Of a DNA stretch of 64,000 bases, positions 8,421 through 17,721 are shown piece after piece. The position numbers were made by a program, and so were the translations under genes. Within the stretch, counting starts at the first letter, position 1; every line of letters begins with the position of its first letter. Under the pieces are notes generated by a model that did not search any database, had not been told where the DNA came from, and was given only the letters and a program-made list of their open reading frames with translations. Source of the stretch: Deltaproteobacteria bacterium (GTDB taxonomy: Bacteria; UBA10199; GCA-002796325; JACPFF01); the NCBI GenBank assembly GCA_016183065.1, contig JACPFF010000006.1, positions 43,578-107,577 of the forward strand. The letters are read 5' to 3'.

Positions 8421-9309
8421 AGACCCTCTTGGTTCTCCGCACAAAATCACTCACCACGCTGGCCATGGCCTGTTCGCGTCCGTGAAAACTGTGGCCGGCA
8501 TGCGGGACAAGTTGCACGGGAAGTTTCGGGCAGGTCGCTGTGAGAAAATCACGGATCGCTGCGGCTGATGTCGGAAGATATTCATCGTTGACACCAAGGA
8601 CGATCATGCCGGGGATCTGCTGCCGGGCCAGCCGGCGCCATTTGGCGGATCGTTGCAACATGCGGAAGGGGAACTGGTCCATGCGACTGCGCTCTCCGTA
8701 CAGGCTATGATAACTCGCCGCGGAGATGTCGAGATATCCCAGATTTTTCACCGGCATCAACCGGAATGGATCCCGGCGTCGCAGCCGCACCGCAAGCCGT
8801 TGCATGGCGTGATAGCGGGCCACACCTAGCCACCGTCGCTGGATGCCAATGTCATCGCCCGGTGCGAGGTAGACGGCACTGGCGATCCGCAGGCCGCGGA
8901 CGCGACATCGGCGTTGTAGCGCATAGGCAATCTTGTTGGCACCTGTGCTATGCCCGATCAATGACACGGTGCGGACGCCGCGCGTGCGCAGGTAGGTCAT
9001 GGCCCCGCGGAGATCATGCAGACATTCGGTAAAGACCTCGTAGACCGCGCCATTGGTGTTCGAACGTCGCCGGCCCCGTGTGCGTGCGGCCACAATGTCG
9101 TGACCGCGCGTATTGATCGCAAACAATCCGATCCCGGAACGACGCAGGGCACCGGCCAGTGCGGGGATCATCGTCGCCCGATAGCCGTTGCCGCCAAGGC
9201 CGTGCAGGTAGAGTGCCACATGGTGGCAGCGGGCGCCGGTGAGGAAACCGGTGAGCTCGACGCCATCGGACGCCGCCCATCGTACGCATTCATACGTCAC
9301 CGGCCTCAT
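8404..9309 (-). CDS. alpha/beta hydrolase (DUF1749-like esterase)
   Basis: Track ORF 8404..9723. Similarity starts near MRPVTYE (ATG 9307-9309). HGLGGNG and the nucleophile elbow GHSTGA are present. The upstream extension is probably a high-GC artefact. Confidence 0.75.
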   Translation of the reverse strand: MRPVTYECVRWAASDGVELTGFLTGARCHHVALYLHGLGGNGYRATMIPALAGALRRSGIGLFAINTRGHDIVAARTRGRRRSNTNGAVYEVFTECLHDLRGAMTYLRTRGVRTVSLIGHSTGANKIAYALQRRCRVRGLRIASAVYLAPGDDIGIQRRWLGVARYHAMQRLAVRLRRRDPFRLMPVKNLGYLDISAASYHSLYGERSRMDQFPFRMLQRSAKWRRLARQQIPGMIVLGVNDEYLPTSAAAIRDFLTATCPKLPVQLVPHAGHSFHGREQAMASVVSDFVRRTKRVFRTTC

Positions 9310-9384
9310 CGGATCTTTATAAAGAGTTTTCACTTGGCCCGCAATAGGCTCTGCGATAGAGCAGGATAGCGTCGAGGATGAGCG

Positions 9385-10116
9385 ATGTGTCGAATGATGG
9401 CCGTGGTCGGGGATGCGCGCATGCAGGCTCAAGTGCTTGAGGCCTTTCATCCCCTGGGTAAAGACGGAAAAGTCCGTCCGTGGGAGACTCCCGGGCATCT
9501 CGACGGCTGGGGGATGGCAAAGTACACACCGCAAGGGCCTTTGCTCATGACCCGGTCGGGCGGCGATGTTGATCGGGAAGGGGAGGCCTATGGGGCCGCC
9601 AGCATGCATGCCATTGCCCTGGAAGGTGCCCTGGTCATGGTCCATTTTCGGAAGGCCACCATCGGCGACGTGCGACCGGAGAATGCGCAGCCATTTGTGC
9701 ATCGGCGATGGCTCTTTGCGCATAATGGGACGATCATGGATCTGGAAAAATTCGGGCCAAAACCGGTCACGGAAGGATCGACCGACAGCGAGGATTTTTT
9801 CCGCCGCTGGTGTGCGCAGGGGAAGGACATGGATGGATATCGCGGCTGGGTGGAAACAGTCGCCAACGGTTGCCGGTACACGTCATTGACATCGCTCCTC
9901 TGCGATGGCGAGGTCTTGTTGGCCTGTCGTCGGTCGAGTGGGAGACTCTTTGAGGGGTGTCCGGCGGATGTCGATCCCGCCTCTCTCCCCTCTCCCTATA
10001 CTTTGTACCATTGGACAGACGGAAGGTCGCATCTCTTCTGTTCGGAGCCACTCCCGTTGTTGGGAAGCGGCTGGAGGGCGTTGGAAAATGGCGAATTGCT
10101 TACGATCCATTTGTAG
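9385..10116 (+). CDS. class II (Ntn, YafJ-type) glutamine amidotransferase
   Basis: N-terminal Met-Cys. VHFRKATIG..ENAQPF....FAHNGTI fits the class II pattern. Confidence 0.8.
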   Translation: MCRMMAVVGDARMQAQVLEAFHPLGKDGKVRPWETPGHLDGWGMAKYTPQGPLLMTRSGGDVDREGEAYGAASMHAIALEGALVMVHFRKATIGDVRPENAQPFVHRRWLFAHNGTIMDLEKFGPKPVTEGSTDSEDFFRRWCAQGKDMDGYRGWVETVANGCRYTSLTSLLCDGEVLLACRRSSGRLFEGCPADVDPASLPSPYTLYHWTDGRSHLFCSEPLPLLGSGWRALENGELLTIHL

Positions 10117-10567
10117 TGGGTTTGCGGTGCTTGCCCTCTGGGGGAGTGGTGTGACCATGGCCGGTCCCCTGTCGACCGATCTTTCGGTGGAGGATCGCAG
10201 CCACGCGACCATCGGGTATCTACGCGCGAGTGGGATGGTCGAAGCCGCGGGGCATGTCACGATCGGGTATCTCCGTGCCGATGGCATGGTGGAAGATCGG
10301 GGCCATGGCACAGTGGGGTATTATCGAGGGAGCGGCATGATCGAAGATCGGGGACACGGCGCCGTCGGATACTTTCAAGTGCGCGGGGGAACTACAGTGC
10401 TGGAAGATCGCGGGCACAGTATCATGGGGTATCTGGACCACACGGGGATCATCGAGAATCGCCATCATGGCATTGTGGGATATGTCCGGGGACCGGTGGA
10501 GGGGCATCAGGGACCGATTGCCGCGTATCTCTTCTTGTTGCAGCCGGAACTGTTGTCGGTGCCATGA
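10088..10567 (+). CDS. secreted tandem-repeat protein (six ~17-residue E-D-R-G-H-x-x-[IV]-G-Y repeats)
   Basis: Track ORF 9905..10567. ATG 10088 gives a signal-like MANCLRSICSGFAVLALWGSG. Repeats: VEDRSHATIGYLRASGM / VEAAGHVTIGYLRADGM / VEDRGHGTVGYYRGSGM / IEDRGHGAVGYFQVRGGTTV / LEDRGHSIMGYLDHTGI / IENRHHGIVGYVRGP. Confidence 0.6.
   Translation: MANCLRSICSGFAVLALWGSGVTMAGPLSTDLSVEDRSHATIGYLRASGMVEAAGHVTIGYLRADGMVEDRGHGTVGYYRGSGMIEDRGHGAVGYFQVRGGTTVLEDRGHSIMGYLDHTGIIENRHHGIVGYVRGPVEGHQGPIAAYLFLLQPELLSVP
10187..10495 (+). repeat. in-frame tandem repeat, ~51-nt period, six units (coding)
   Basis: GAAGATCG(G/C)GG(C/G)CA... recurs at the DNA level, matching the protein repeats. Confidence 0.8.
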
Positions 10568-11445
10568 TCGAGCTCCCAAACGGTCATCGACTCGAATATG
10601 TCGCTGCGAGCGGTGCCCTCGCCTTTGACGGGCGTGGATGGTGGTGGGAGTGGCCGCTGCGCTGGTGCGGACTCCTCGACCCCTCCAAATTTGCGATTGT
10701 CATCAAGACCGTTACACGGAGACCCCGGCGAGGCAACCTGCGTTGGTCGCGACCCTGGGAGGTCGTCCGCCTCCTCAAAGGCGGGGTGGTCAATGCCATC
10801 GGCCTGACAAATCCCGGGATCGCGTGGTGGTGCCGGACTGTTGGCACGCAGGTGCCGAAGCGCTCCTACCGCCTGATCGGATCTATTTATGGGGAGTCGC
10901 CCGAAGAGATTGCGGAAATGGCCTCCATGCTCGACACCGTTCCGCTGGTGGCAGTGGAGGTCAACTGTTCGTGCCCCAATGTCGGTGCGCGTGCGGTGAG
11001 CCAGACGGAGGCGATTCTTGCCGCGATGGAGGGCGCCCGTCAGGCGACGCAACATCCGCTGATCGCGAAACTCTCCGTGGCACATGACTATTGTGCCATT
11101 GCACGCGGGCTGCAGGGAAAGGTCTCGGCGATTGCGATCAACAGTGTCCCTTGGGCGATGGCCTGTCAGGGAGCGGAGAGTCCGCTCGCGCAGTTTGGCG
11201 GCGGCGGGGTGTCGGGCCGGGCTGCACAACTCTACACCTGGCGCATGTTGCAGGAGTTGGTTGACGTGACCAGTATTCCGGTCATCGGGCCCAGTGTCTG
11301 GACCTATGAAGACATCGGACGATTGCGTCGTCTGGGGGCGCGTGCCATCAGTTTTGGATCGATCTTCCTCCGCTATCCATGGCGACCGACGGCGTATGTC
11401 CGACGGGAACAACGGGAGCATTCATGCGCACGCATGCGCGGGTAA
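10564..11445 (+). CDS. dihydroorotate dehydrogenase-like FMN oxidoreductase (class 1 DHOD/DPD family)
   Basis: NAIGLTNPG and VEVNCSCPN motifs. ATGA overlap with the upstream gene. Unusually Trp-rich N-terminus (GRGWWWEWPLRW). Confidence 0.7.
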   Translation: MIELPNGHRLEYVAASGALAFDGRGWWWEWPLRWCGLLDPSKFAIVIKTVTRRPRRGNLRWSRPWEVVRLLKGGVVNAIGLTNPGIAWWCRTVGTQVPKRSYRLIGSIYGESPEEIAEMASMLDTVPLVAVEVNCSCPNVGARAVSQTEAILAAMEGARQATQHPLIAKLSVAHDYCAIARGLQGKVSAIAINSVPWAMACQGAESPLAQFGGGGVSGRAAQLYTWRMLQELVDVTSIPVIGPSVWTYEDIGRLRRLGARAISFGSIFLRYPWRPTAYVRREQREHSCARMRG

Positions 11446-12149
11446 CGGATGGTTTTTCGTCCGAAGGCATCCGGGCGGTCACGTATGGATTGGTGCTGCT
11501 TGGGTTGGTCTTGTCACTCGTTGGGGCACACACAGGACGTGCCGGCGAACGGGAGGACACGGCGATCACGCTCGCTTTTCCCAAGGCGGAGGCCTATGGC
11601 ACCGTTCATGTCGAGGCCGTGATTGCCGCGTCACCGGAGGTGGTGTGGGTGGTCCTCACAGACGTCGATCGATGGCGCGGGTGGATGCCACTCGTCATGC
11701 GCGCCCAGTTTTTCTCGGCAGCCGCGACCACGGCCATCCCCACCGGAGTCACAAAAGACCGGGCCCTCTTCACGGAGTTGCTGGACCAGCATCCTGGCAC
11801 GGCGGGTGCCCCGTCGATGCATGGCGTCACGCCGCGCACGACCTTCGAGGCGTACGATCTTCCCTGGCCGATCAAAAACGAGTGGGTCGTGCGGCACTAC
11901 ACCTACGATGCCTCGCAGGCTGCGAAGCATCGCTTCCGCGCCACGTGGCGCAAGGCCTGGGGCGATGGACAACCGGAGGGCTACTGGGAGATCTCCCCGC
12001 ATGGCGACGCCGTGACGGCGTCACGCCTGGTGTATCACTACCGTGTCAAGGCGAAACGCGGGCTGGCATTGGGCCTCTTTAAGGCCGGTGTCAAGCGCGC
12101 CTCCCGCCAGCTTGTCGAGGCCATTCGCCGCGAGGCCCTCCGCCGTTAG
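11424..12149 (+). CDS. membrane-anchored SRPBCC/START-like domain protein
   Basis: Track ORF 11379..12149. ATG 11424. TM segment AVTYGLVLLGLVLSLVGA. VHVEAVIAASPEVVWVVLTDVDRWRGWMP is typical of an SRPBCC N-terminal strand. Confidence 0.65.
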   Translation: MRTHARVTDGFSSEGIRAVTYGLVLLGLVLSLVGAHTGRAGEREDTAITLAFPKAEAYGTVHVEAVIAASPEVVWVVLTDVDRWRGWMPLVMRAQFFSAAATTAIPTGVTKDRALFTELLDQHPGTAGAPSMHGVTPRTTFEAYDLPWPIKNEWVVRHYTYDASQAAKHRFRATWRKAWGDGQPEGYWEISPHGDAVTASRLVYHYRVKAKRGLALGLFKAGVKRASRQLVEAIRREALRR

Positions 12150-12354
12150 CCGGCGTCGTCAGGGGAAAATGGGGATTCCAGCGAGAGGATGTCTGCAACG
12201 CGATCGCGGATCCGGTGGAACAGACGACGCCATCCGGTCCGTGATCCGGTCAAGCACCGTTTGTCTGTTGGCCACGCAACTTTCTCTGGCATGTGCCGAT
12301 GCTGCGAGAGGTGGGAGCGGCCTTTTGGCACGGGATGGGAATAGGGTGCGTTGC

Positions 12355-13095
12355 ATGGGTATTCGAGGAGGGTCCATTGTCATTCAGGGGAAGAGTGCGC
12401 GCGACACGTCGCGTGGGGTGTGGTTTCACCTTCCTCCTGAAAATCCGCAATCCGTTCCTCGCACATTGCGCCGCTGCCTGGTGGTGGGAGGGGCCGATGA
12501 AGTCCGCGCTGATACGCAGGTTGAGGCCGTGGGTCGACTCCCTACTCGAGACTATGCGCAGGCACACCTGAGTCGGCAATATACGATTGATCACATGCAA
12601 ACCACATCAGGTCCGCATGGTGTTTTCCATCAGTTTATGGCTCACCAGGATCAGCGTGAACCCATAGCGCTTGCTAATGCGGATATCACACGTCTTTGTG
12701 CAGCATTGGGCGGTGCCGCACAACCGTTATACACGGCATATTCTGTTGAGGCAGAGGTGACAGGGTGGCAGAATAGCCCCATCCCCATTGCACCCGAGGT
12801 GCTCTCCCCAATCATGGCGTCGGCCGTTGCTACGTGGACCGGTCTCTTTGGTGTGAAACCCGTACAGATGATAGAGGTTCGGTACTGGGATTGCAGTGGC
12901 AAACAGCAGAGAACCATGCGCCCAAATGCCGCGACAAGAGCGATTGACACAATGATCTGGAGTTCGACGGTGGGGAATGGATGGGGAGCGCAATGCATCG
13001 CAACGTTGGTTTTTCAATTGATGTACTCGAATGGGCGTACTGGGTATTTTCTCACATCACAGGGGGGGGCTCGTCTTGACCATAGGGGTGGATGA
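12355..13095 (+). CDS. hypothetical protein; start uncertain; probably the 5' part of a gene split at a G8 tract
   Basis: Track ORF 12043..13095, whose part before 12149 overlaps the SRPBCC gene. First ATG after that is 12355; ATG ~12595 is an alternative. AT-richer from ~12560. No family recognised. Confidence 0.35.
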   Translation: MGIRGGSIVIQGKSARDTSRGVWFHLPPENPQSVPRTLRRCLVVGGADEVRADTQVEAVGRLPTRDYAQAHLSRQYTIDHMQTTSGPHGVFHQFMAHQDQREPIALANADITRLCAALGGAAQPLYTAYSVEAEVTGWQNSPIPIAPEVLSPIMASAVATWTGLFGVKPVQMIEVRYWDCSGKQQRTMRPNAATRAIDTMIWSSTVGNGWGAQCIATLVFQLMYSNGRTGYFLTSQGGARLDHRGG

Positions 13096-13288
13096 TCCGA
13101 TAGATCAGCATATTTCCTTACTCGAGGGTGGCCTTTCCGTTGTCATACGTCGTACGATCGAAAGTGCCGGTGGAATCGTGAGACGAGATGCGCTTTCTTT
13201 GCCTGTGCTCGACACGTCAGAGCGGTCGCAGGCCCTTTTCGCACAGCTCGGCATCGATCAATACGGTCGGATTGCGAAGTACGTGTAA
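13031..13288 (+). CDS. hypothetical protein; probably the 3' part of the G8-split gene
   Basis: 85-aa track ORF, +1 frame relative to the upstream ORF. No independent RBS seen. Confidence 0.3.
   Translation: MGVLGIFSHHRGGLVLTIGVDDPIDQHISLLEGGLSVVIRRTIESAGGIVRRDALSLPVLDTSERSQALFAQLGIDQYGRIAKYV
13062..13069 (+). repeat. G8 homopolymer at the junction of two overlapping ORFs
   Basis: The sequence reads a-gggggggg-c at 13061-13070. Removing one G joins frame 12043..13095 to frame 13031..13288. Confidence 0.9.
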
Positions 13289-13404
13289 TCATCGCAGCCA
13301 TCGTTTCCTCCCTCTCTCCCTCTTCGGACTCAGGTGACGGCATATCGCATAAATCCCCATTTTTTCTTGCAGTTGCCCTCCCCCTCGATTAGAGGCGGGG
13401 GACC

Positions 13405-14589
13405 ATGAAGCTCCACGAATATCAGGCCAAGGCCTTGTTGAAGCGGTTTGGTGTCCGGGTCCCCGATGGCGAAGTGGCCGACAGTGTGGCGGCTGTGCGA
13501 AAGATTGCGACGACCCTCGGTGGCACCGTGGTGGTCAAGGCCCAGATTCATGCCGGGGGTCGCGGCAAAGGGGGGGGGATCAAGGTGGCCAAGACCCCGG
13601 ATGAGGCCTCGGCAGCGGCGGAGCAGATGCTCGGTATGCGGCTGGTGACGCCGCAGACCGGTCCGCAGGGTCGGCGCGTCAAAAAGGTGCTCGTGGAACG
13701 GGGTTCTGCCATTGCCCGTGAGCTCTATCTCGGCCTCGTCCTCGATCGGGCCACAGGTCGTGTAACGATTATGACCTCTTCAGAGGGTGGGGTGGAGATC
13801 GAAGAAGTGGCGGCGCGCAGCCCGGAGAAAATTTTGAAAGTTGCCGTCGATCCCGCGGTCGGTTTCCAGGGATATCAGGGACGCCAGTTGGCCTTTGGGC
13901 TCGGGCTCTTGGGGAATCAGCAAAAGGCCTTTGTGCGGATGGTTTCAGCGCTGTATGACACCTATATGAATGCCGACTGTTCGCTTGCGGAAATCAACCC
14001 CCTCGTCGTGACGGCAGACGGAGAGCTCCTGCCGCTCGATGGCAAGATCACCCTTGACGACAACGCCCTCTATCGCCACAAAGACCTTGAAGAGTGGCGG
14101 GATTTGGATGAGGAAGATCCGGCGGAACTCGAGGCCACAGCGCAAGGCTTAAGTTATATTCCCCTCGATGGCACGATTGGCTGTATGGTGAATGGGGCGG
14201 GTCTTGCCATGGCCACGATGGATATCATCAAGCTCTGTGGCGGCGAGCCGGCCAATTTCCTCGATGTGGGGGGATCGGCATCCAGGGAGGCGGTGGCCAA
14301 GGCCTTCGACATTATCCTCCGCGATGCCAAGGTTGAGGCGATCTTGGTCAATATCTTTGGCGGCATCATGAAGTGCGATGTGATTGCCGAGGGTATTCTG
14401 GCGGCGGCCGCCGAGGTGCAATTGCGGGTCCCGGTGGTCGTACGGCTCCAGGGGACGCATGTGGATCGTGGCCGGGCCATTCTGGCTGGATCCGCGCTCC
14501 GCATTGACACCGCGGAACGTCTCGATGAAGCGGCGGAAAAAGTGGTGCGCGCCTGTCAGGGATCCCAGTCGGGGATCAGAGGACACTGA
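13405..14589 (+). CDS. sucC: succinate--CoA ligase (ADP-forming) beta subunit
   Basis: [17 protein letters not shown]... is a canonical SucC N-terminus. Full length, 394 aa. Confidence 0.95.
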   Translation: MKLHEYQAKALLKRFGVRVPDGEVADSVAAVRKIATTLGGTVVVKAQIHAGGRGKGGGIKVAKTPDEASAAAEQMLGMRLVTPQTGPQGRRVKKVLVERGSAIARELYLGLVLDRATGRVTIMTSSEGGVEIEEVAARSPEKILKVAVDPAVGFQGYQGRQLAFGLGLLGNQQKAFVRMVSALYDTYMNADCSLAEINPLVVTADGELLPLDGKITLDDNALYRHKDLEEWRDLDEEDPAELEATAQGLSYIPLDGTIGCMVNGAGLAMATMDIIKLCGGEPANFLDVGGSASREAVAKAFDIILRDAKVEAILVNIFGGIMKCDVIAEGILAAAAEVQLRVPVVVRLQGTHVDRGRAILAGSALRIDTAERLDEAAEKVVRACQGSQSGIRGH

Positions 14590-14601
14590 GGAGACGGACG
14601 T

Positions 14602-15474
14602 ATGGCCATCTGGATCGACAAAACGACACGCGTCATTACGCAGGGGATCACGGGCCAACACGGGCTCTTTCATACGCAACAGTGCCTCGCCTATGGCACG
14701 AAGATTGTGGGGGGCGTGACCCCCGGCAAGGGCGGGGGGTCAGTCGAGGGCGTCCCCATTTTCGATACGGTGGCAGCGGCGGTGCGTGCCACGCACGCAA
14801 CGGCCTCGATGATTTTTGTCCCGCCCCCCTTTGCCGCTGATGCCATCCTCGAGGGGGTGGATGCCGGATTGGCGCTGGTGGTCTGCATCACTGAAGGGAT
14901 CCCGGTCAACGACATGCTCAAGGTCCGTCGCGCCATGGCAGGGTGTGCGACGCGGCTCATTGGACCGAATTGTCCGGGCATTCTGACCGCCGATGTGTGC
15001 AAGATCGGTATTATCCCCGGGATGATTTGCAAGAAAGGCCGCGTCGGCGTGGTCTCGCGCAGTGGTACGTTGACGTATGAAGCGATCGATCAACTCACGC
15101 GCCTCGGTTTGGGACAGACGACTTGCGTCGGTATCGGAGGCGATCCGCTTCCGGGGACCAATTTTATCGATTGTCTTTCGGCATTTGAAGCCGATGCGGA
15201 CACCAAAGGGATGGTCATGATCGGCGAGATTGGTGGCACGGCCGAAGAAGAGGCCGCCGACTTTATCGCCGCGCACGTCTCCAAACCGGTGGTCGCGTAT
15301 ATTGCGGGAGTCACCGCGCCGGCAGGAAAACGGATGGGCCATGCCGGTGCGATTATTGCGGCGGGGAAGGGGAGAGCCAATGAAAAGATGGCAGCCCTCC
15401 GCGCGGCCCGTGTAACAGTAACTGACAGCCCGGCAGCGATTGGCAAGACTCTTGCCGATCTCATGGCCGCATGA
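14602..15474 (+). CDS. sucD: succinate--CoA ligase alpha subunit
   Basis: [14 protein letters not shown]..., SRSGTLTYE and the GHAGAII active-site His region. Confidence 0.95.
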   Translation: MAIWIDKTTRVITQGITGQHGLFHTQQCLAYGTKIVGGVTPGKGGGSVEGVPIFDTVAAAVRATHATASMIFVPPPFAADAILEGVDAGLALVVCITEGIPVNDMLKVRRAMAGCATRLIGPNCPGILTADVCKIGIIPGMICKKGRVGVVSRSGTLTYEAIDQLTRLGLGQTTCVGIGGDPLPGTNFIDCLSAFEADADTKGMVMIGEIGGTAEEEAADFIAAHVSKPVVAYIAGVTAPAGKRMGHAGAIIAAGKGRANEKMAALRAARVTVTDSPAAIGKTLADLMAA

Positions 15475-15484
15475 AGGAGTGATT

Positions 15485-15919
15485 ATGGCACTTGAACGGA
15501 CTTTGGCGATTATCAAACCCGATGCGATCCAGAAAGGCGTGATCGGAGAGATCATCCAGAAAATGGAAGAGGCGAATCTGAAACCGATCGGCATCAAGAT
15601 GCTTCACCTCGATCATGCCCGTGCCGAGGCCTTTTATGCCGTCCACAAGGAAAAGGCGTTTTTTGCCGATCTCGTCAACTTCATGGCCTCGGGCCCCATC
15701 ATTGTGTTGTGCCTCGAAGGGGAGAACGGAGTGGCCAAATGGCGGGTGACCATGGGGGCGACGAATCCCGACCAGGCCGCAGACGGGTCCCTCCGGAAAG
15801 ATTACGGCTCCGACGTCCAATGCAATGCCGTCCATGGGTCCGATGGCCCAGATACCGCACAATTCGAGATCAACTTCTTTTTCGAGCAGAACGATCTCTA
15901 TGCCTACGAGTGGGTGTAA
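15485..15919 (+). CDS. ndk: nucleoside-diphosphate kinase
   Basis: Track ORF 15440..15919. ATG 15485 gives MALERTLAIIKPDA. Contains NAVHGSD. Confidence 0.95.
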   Translation: MALERTLAIIKPDAIQKGVIGEIIQKMEEANLKPIGIKMLHLDHARAEAFYAVHKEKAFFADLVNFMASGPIIVLCLEGENGVAKWRVTMGATNPDQAADGSLRKDYGSDVQCNAVHGSDGPDTAQFEINFFFEQNDLYAYEWV

Positions 15920-16007
15920 CAGGCCGCAAAAAAGAGGCCATCTGCGTCGTTGGACCACCATCCCGCGATCCTCACGACACCGCCGTACGCTCCGGTCGCG
16001 GAGCGGC

Positions 16008-17645
16008 GTGAGTCGGCGAGGCATATGCCTCATCTTCTGGTGTCTGGGCGGCATGGTGGCCTGTGGCACGCAGCGCATCCAGCACCCCATCGCATCGGCA
16101 CCCGGTGTGCAACGAGAAACCGCGGCAGATCGCCAGGCCATCAGGGCGATGGACGCCGTGGTGCGTGCAGAGCTGCGCGAGCTGGACAAGGGAGATCCCG
16201 ATCTGATCATCGAGGATCTCGAAACCGCGATCGCCACATTCCCGCAGGCGACCTCCCTCTATCTCGCGCTCGCACAACAATATATCCGGCAGCAGCAGTG
16301 GACGCTCGCCCAGGCCGCAGTCGATCAGGCAGTCAGGGAATCGCCGGACGATGTCGCCGCCCATCTCTTGCATGCGCGACTCCTCCTCTTTCGCGATGAA
16401 CGGTCGGAGGCGATCGCTGAATTGGAAACGCTGCGGCGGCAACATCCGCGGGAAGAAGAGATCTACACAACGCTGGCCCGTCTCTATATTCAGGAACAGC
16501 AATATCGGCAGGGAGAACGGATCATGCGCCAGTTGCAACAGGTCGACCCGGACTCGCTGACCGCGTATTACTATCTGGGGACGCTCTATGGAATGCATAT
16601 GCAGCGTCCCCAAGAGGCCATCCAGATGTTTCGACGACTGATCCACTTGCAACCCGGCAATGTCCCGGCACGCAAGGCCTTGGCACAGATGTACCTCAAC
16701 GCCGAACGTCTGCGCGAGGCCTTGACGGAATTTCTGGAGATGGAACGCTACGCGGCCGGCGATGTGGATGTCCAGTTGCGGATTGCCGTGCTCCATTATG
16801 AATTGCGCGAGTATCGCGAGGCGATCGCGCGTCTCGAACGAGTGTTGATCAAGCATCCGAAGGCCCATAAATTACGGTACTATCTCGGCGTGATCCATGA
16901 AGAGGCCGGCGACGATGTGCAGGCCATCGCCGTCTATGCCACGATCCCGGCGCATTCCAAGTATTTCAACGACGCGATCCTGCGGCGGGCCGCCCATGCC
17001 GTGGAAGCCAAGGCGTGGAGCGACGCCATTGCCGTGTTGGAGTTCGCCCTTCGCCACAAAAAGGGGGTCCCGGAATTTTATCAATATCTGGCGTTTCTCC
17101 ATCAGCAGGCGGGGAATGCGCATGAGGCCGCGCGGATTTTGCGGCGGGCAATCCGGACCCTCCCGGAACGGGATCGCCCCTACTATGATCTGGCGATCCT
17201 CTACGACACGATGCAGCAGTCTCCGAAGGCCGTGCAGATGATGCTCGAGGTCTTGAAACAGAATCCCAAACATGTGAAGGCGCTCAATTATGTCGGATAC
17301 ACATACGTCGAGTGGGGACGCCATCTCGACGAGGCCGAGCGGCTGCTGCAGGAGGCGATTGCCGTGGAGCCGGAGAACGGTCATGTGCTGGATAGTCTCG
17401 GGTGGCTCTATCATCGCAAGGGAGAGCCGACAAAGGCCCTGACATTGTTGGAGCGCGCGCACGAGCTGTTGTCCTCGGAACCGACCATCATGCGGCATCT
17501 GGCCGAGGTGTTGATCGCGTTGGGGGAGACGACCGAGGCACGGCAGTGGTTGACAAAGGCGTTGCGCTCTGCGCGGCAGCTGGGGACTGCGGGTGCCACG
17601 GAGGTGGGAAACATTGAGCGAATCTTGCACACATTGTCCGTGTAA
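16008..17645 (+). CDS. TPR-repeat lipoprotein
   Basis: Track ORF 15825..17645. In-frame GTG 16008 gives SRRGICLIFWCLGGMVAC, a signal/lipobox-like sequence. Many TPR units follow (e.g. ALAQMYLNAERLREALTEF). The start is uncertain. Confidence 0.75.
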   Translation: MSRRGICLIFWCLGGMVACGTQRIQHPIASAPGVQRETAADRQAIRAMDAVVRAELRELDKGDPDLIIEDLETAIATFPQATSLYLALAQQYIRQQQWTLAQAAVDQAVRESPDDVAAHLLHARLLLFRDERSEAIAELETLRRQHPREEEIYTTLARLYIQEQQYRQGERIMRQLQQVDPDSLTAYYYLGTLYGMHMQRPQEAIQMFRRLIHLQPGNVPARKALAQMYLNAERLREALTEFLEMERYAAGDVDVQLRIAVLHYELREYREAIARLERVLIKHPKAHKLRYYLGVIHEEAGDDVQAIAVYATIPAHSKYFNDAILRRAAHAVEAKAWSDAIAVLEFALRHKKGVPEFYQYLAFLHQQAGNAHEAARILRRAIRTLPERDRPYYDLAILYDTMQQSPKAVQMMLEVLKQNPKHVKALNYVGYTYVEWGRHLDEAERLLQEAIAVEPENGHVLDSLGWLYHRKGEPTKALTLLERAHELLSSEPTIMRHLAEVLIALGETTEARQWLTKALRSARQLGTAGATEVGNIERILHTLSV

Positions 17646-17721
17646 CGCCGATGCGCCAAGGGTCTGCGGGGAGAGCAGGCGTATCCGGGAACTGGCATGC
17701 CAACACCCGTGGTGGCGCACG

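Noticed and set aside
8404-9723. Long N-terminal extensions in the ORF track. Examples: hydrolase to 9723, ubiE to 4492, phosphohexomutase to 54360, surA to 56204, gltX to 38246, oppF to 24853.
   Set aside because: Family similarity begins at internal start codons, many of which form ATGA overlaps with the upstream gene. The extensions are low-complexity and overlap neighbouring genes.
10187-10495. Regularly spaced DNA repeats that might be mistaken for a CRISPR array.
   Set aside because: The 51-nt units are contiguous with no spacers, in frame, and encode a conserved peptide repeat. No cas genes are present.
12150-12354. A possible riboswitch or leader RNA in the 200-nt gap after the SRPBCC gene (7-nt complementary ends GGCGTCG...CGACGCC).
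   Set aside because: I could not match it to any riboswitch consensus I know (SAM, TPP, cobalamin, glycine, c-di-GMP). The pairing is weak evidence on its own.
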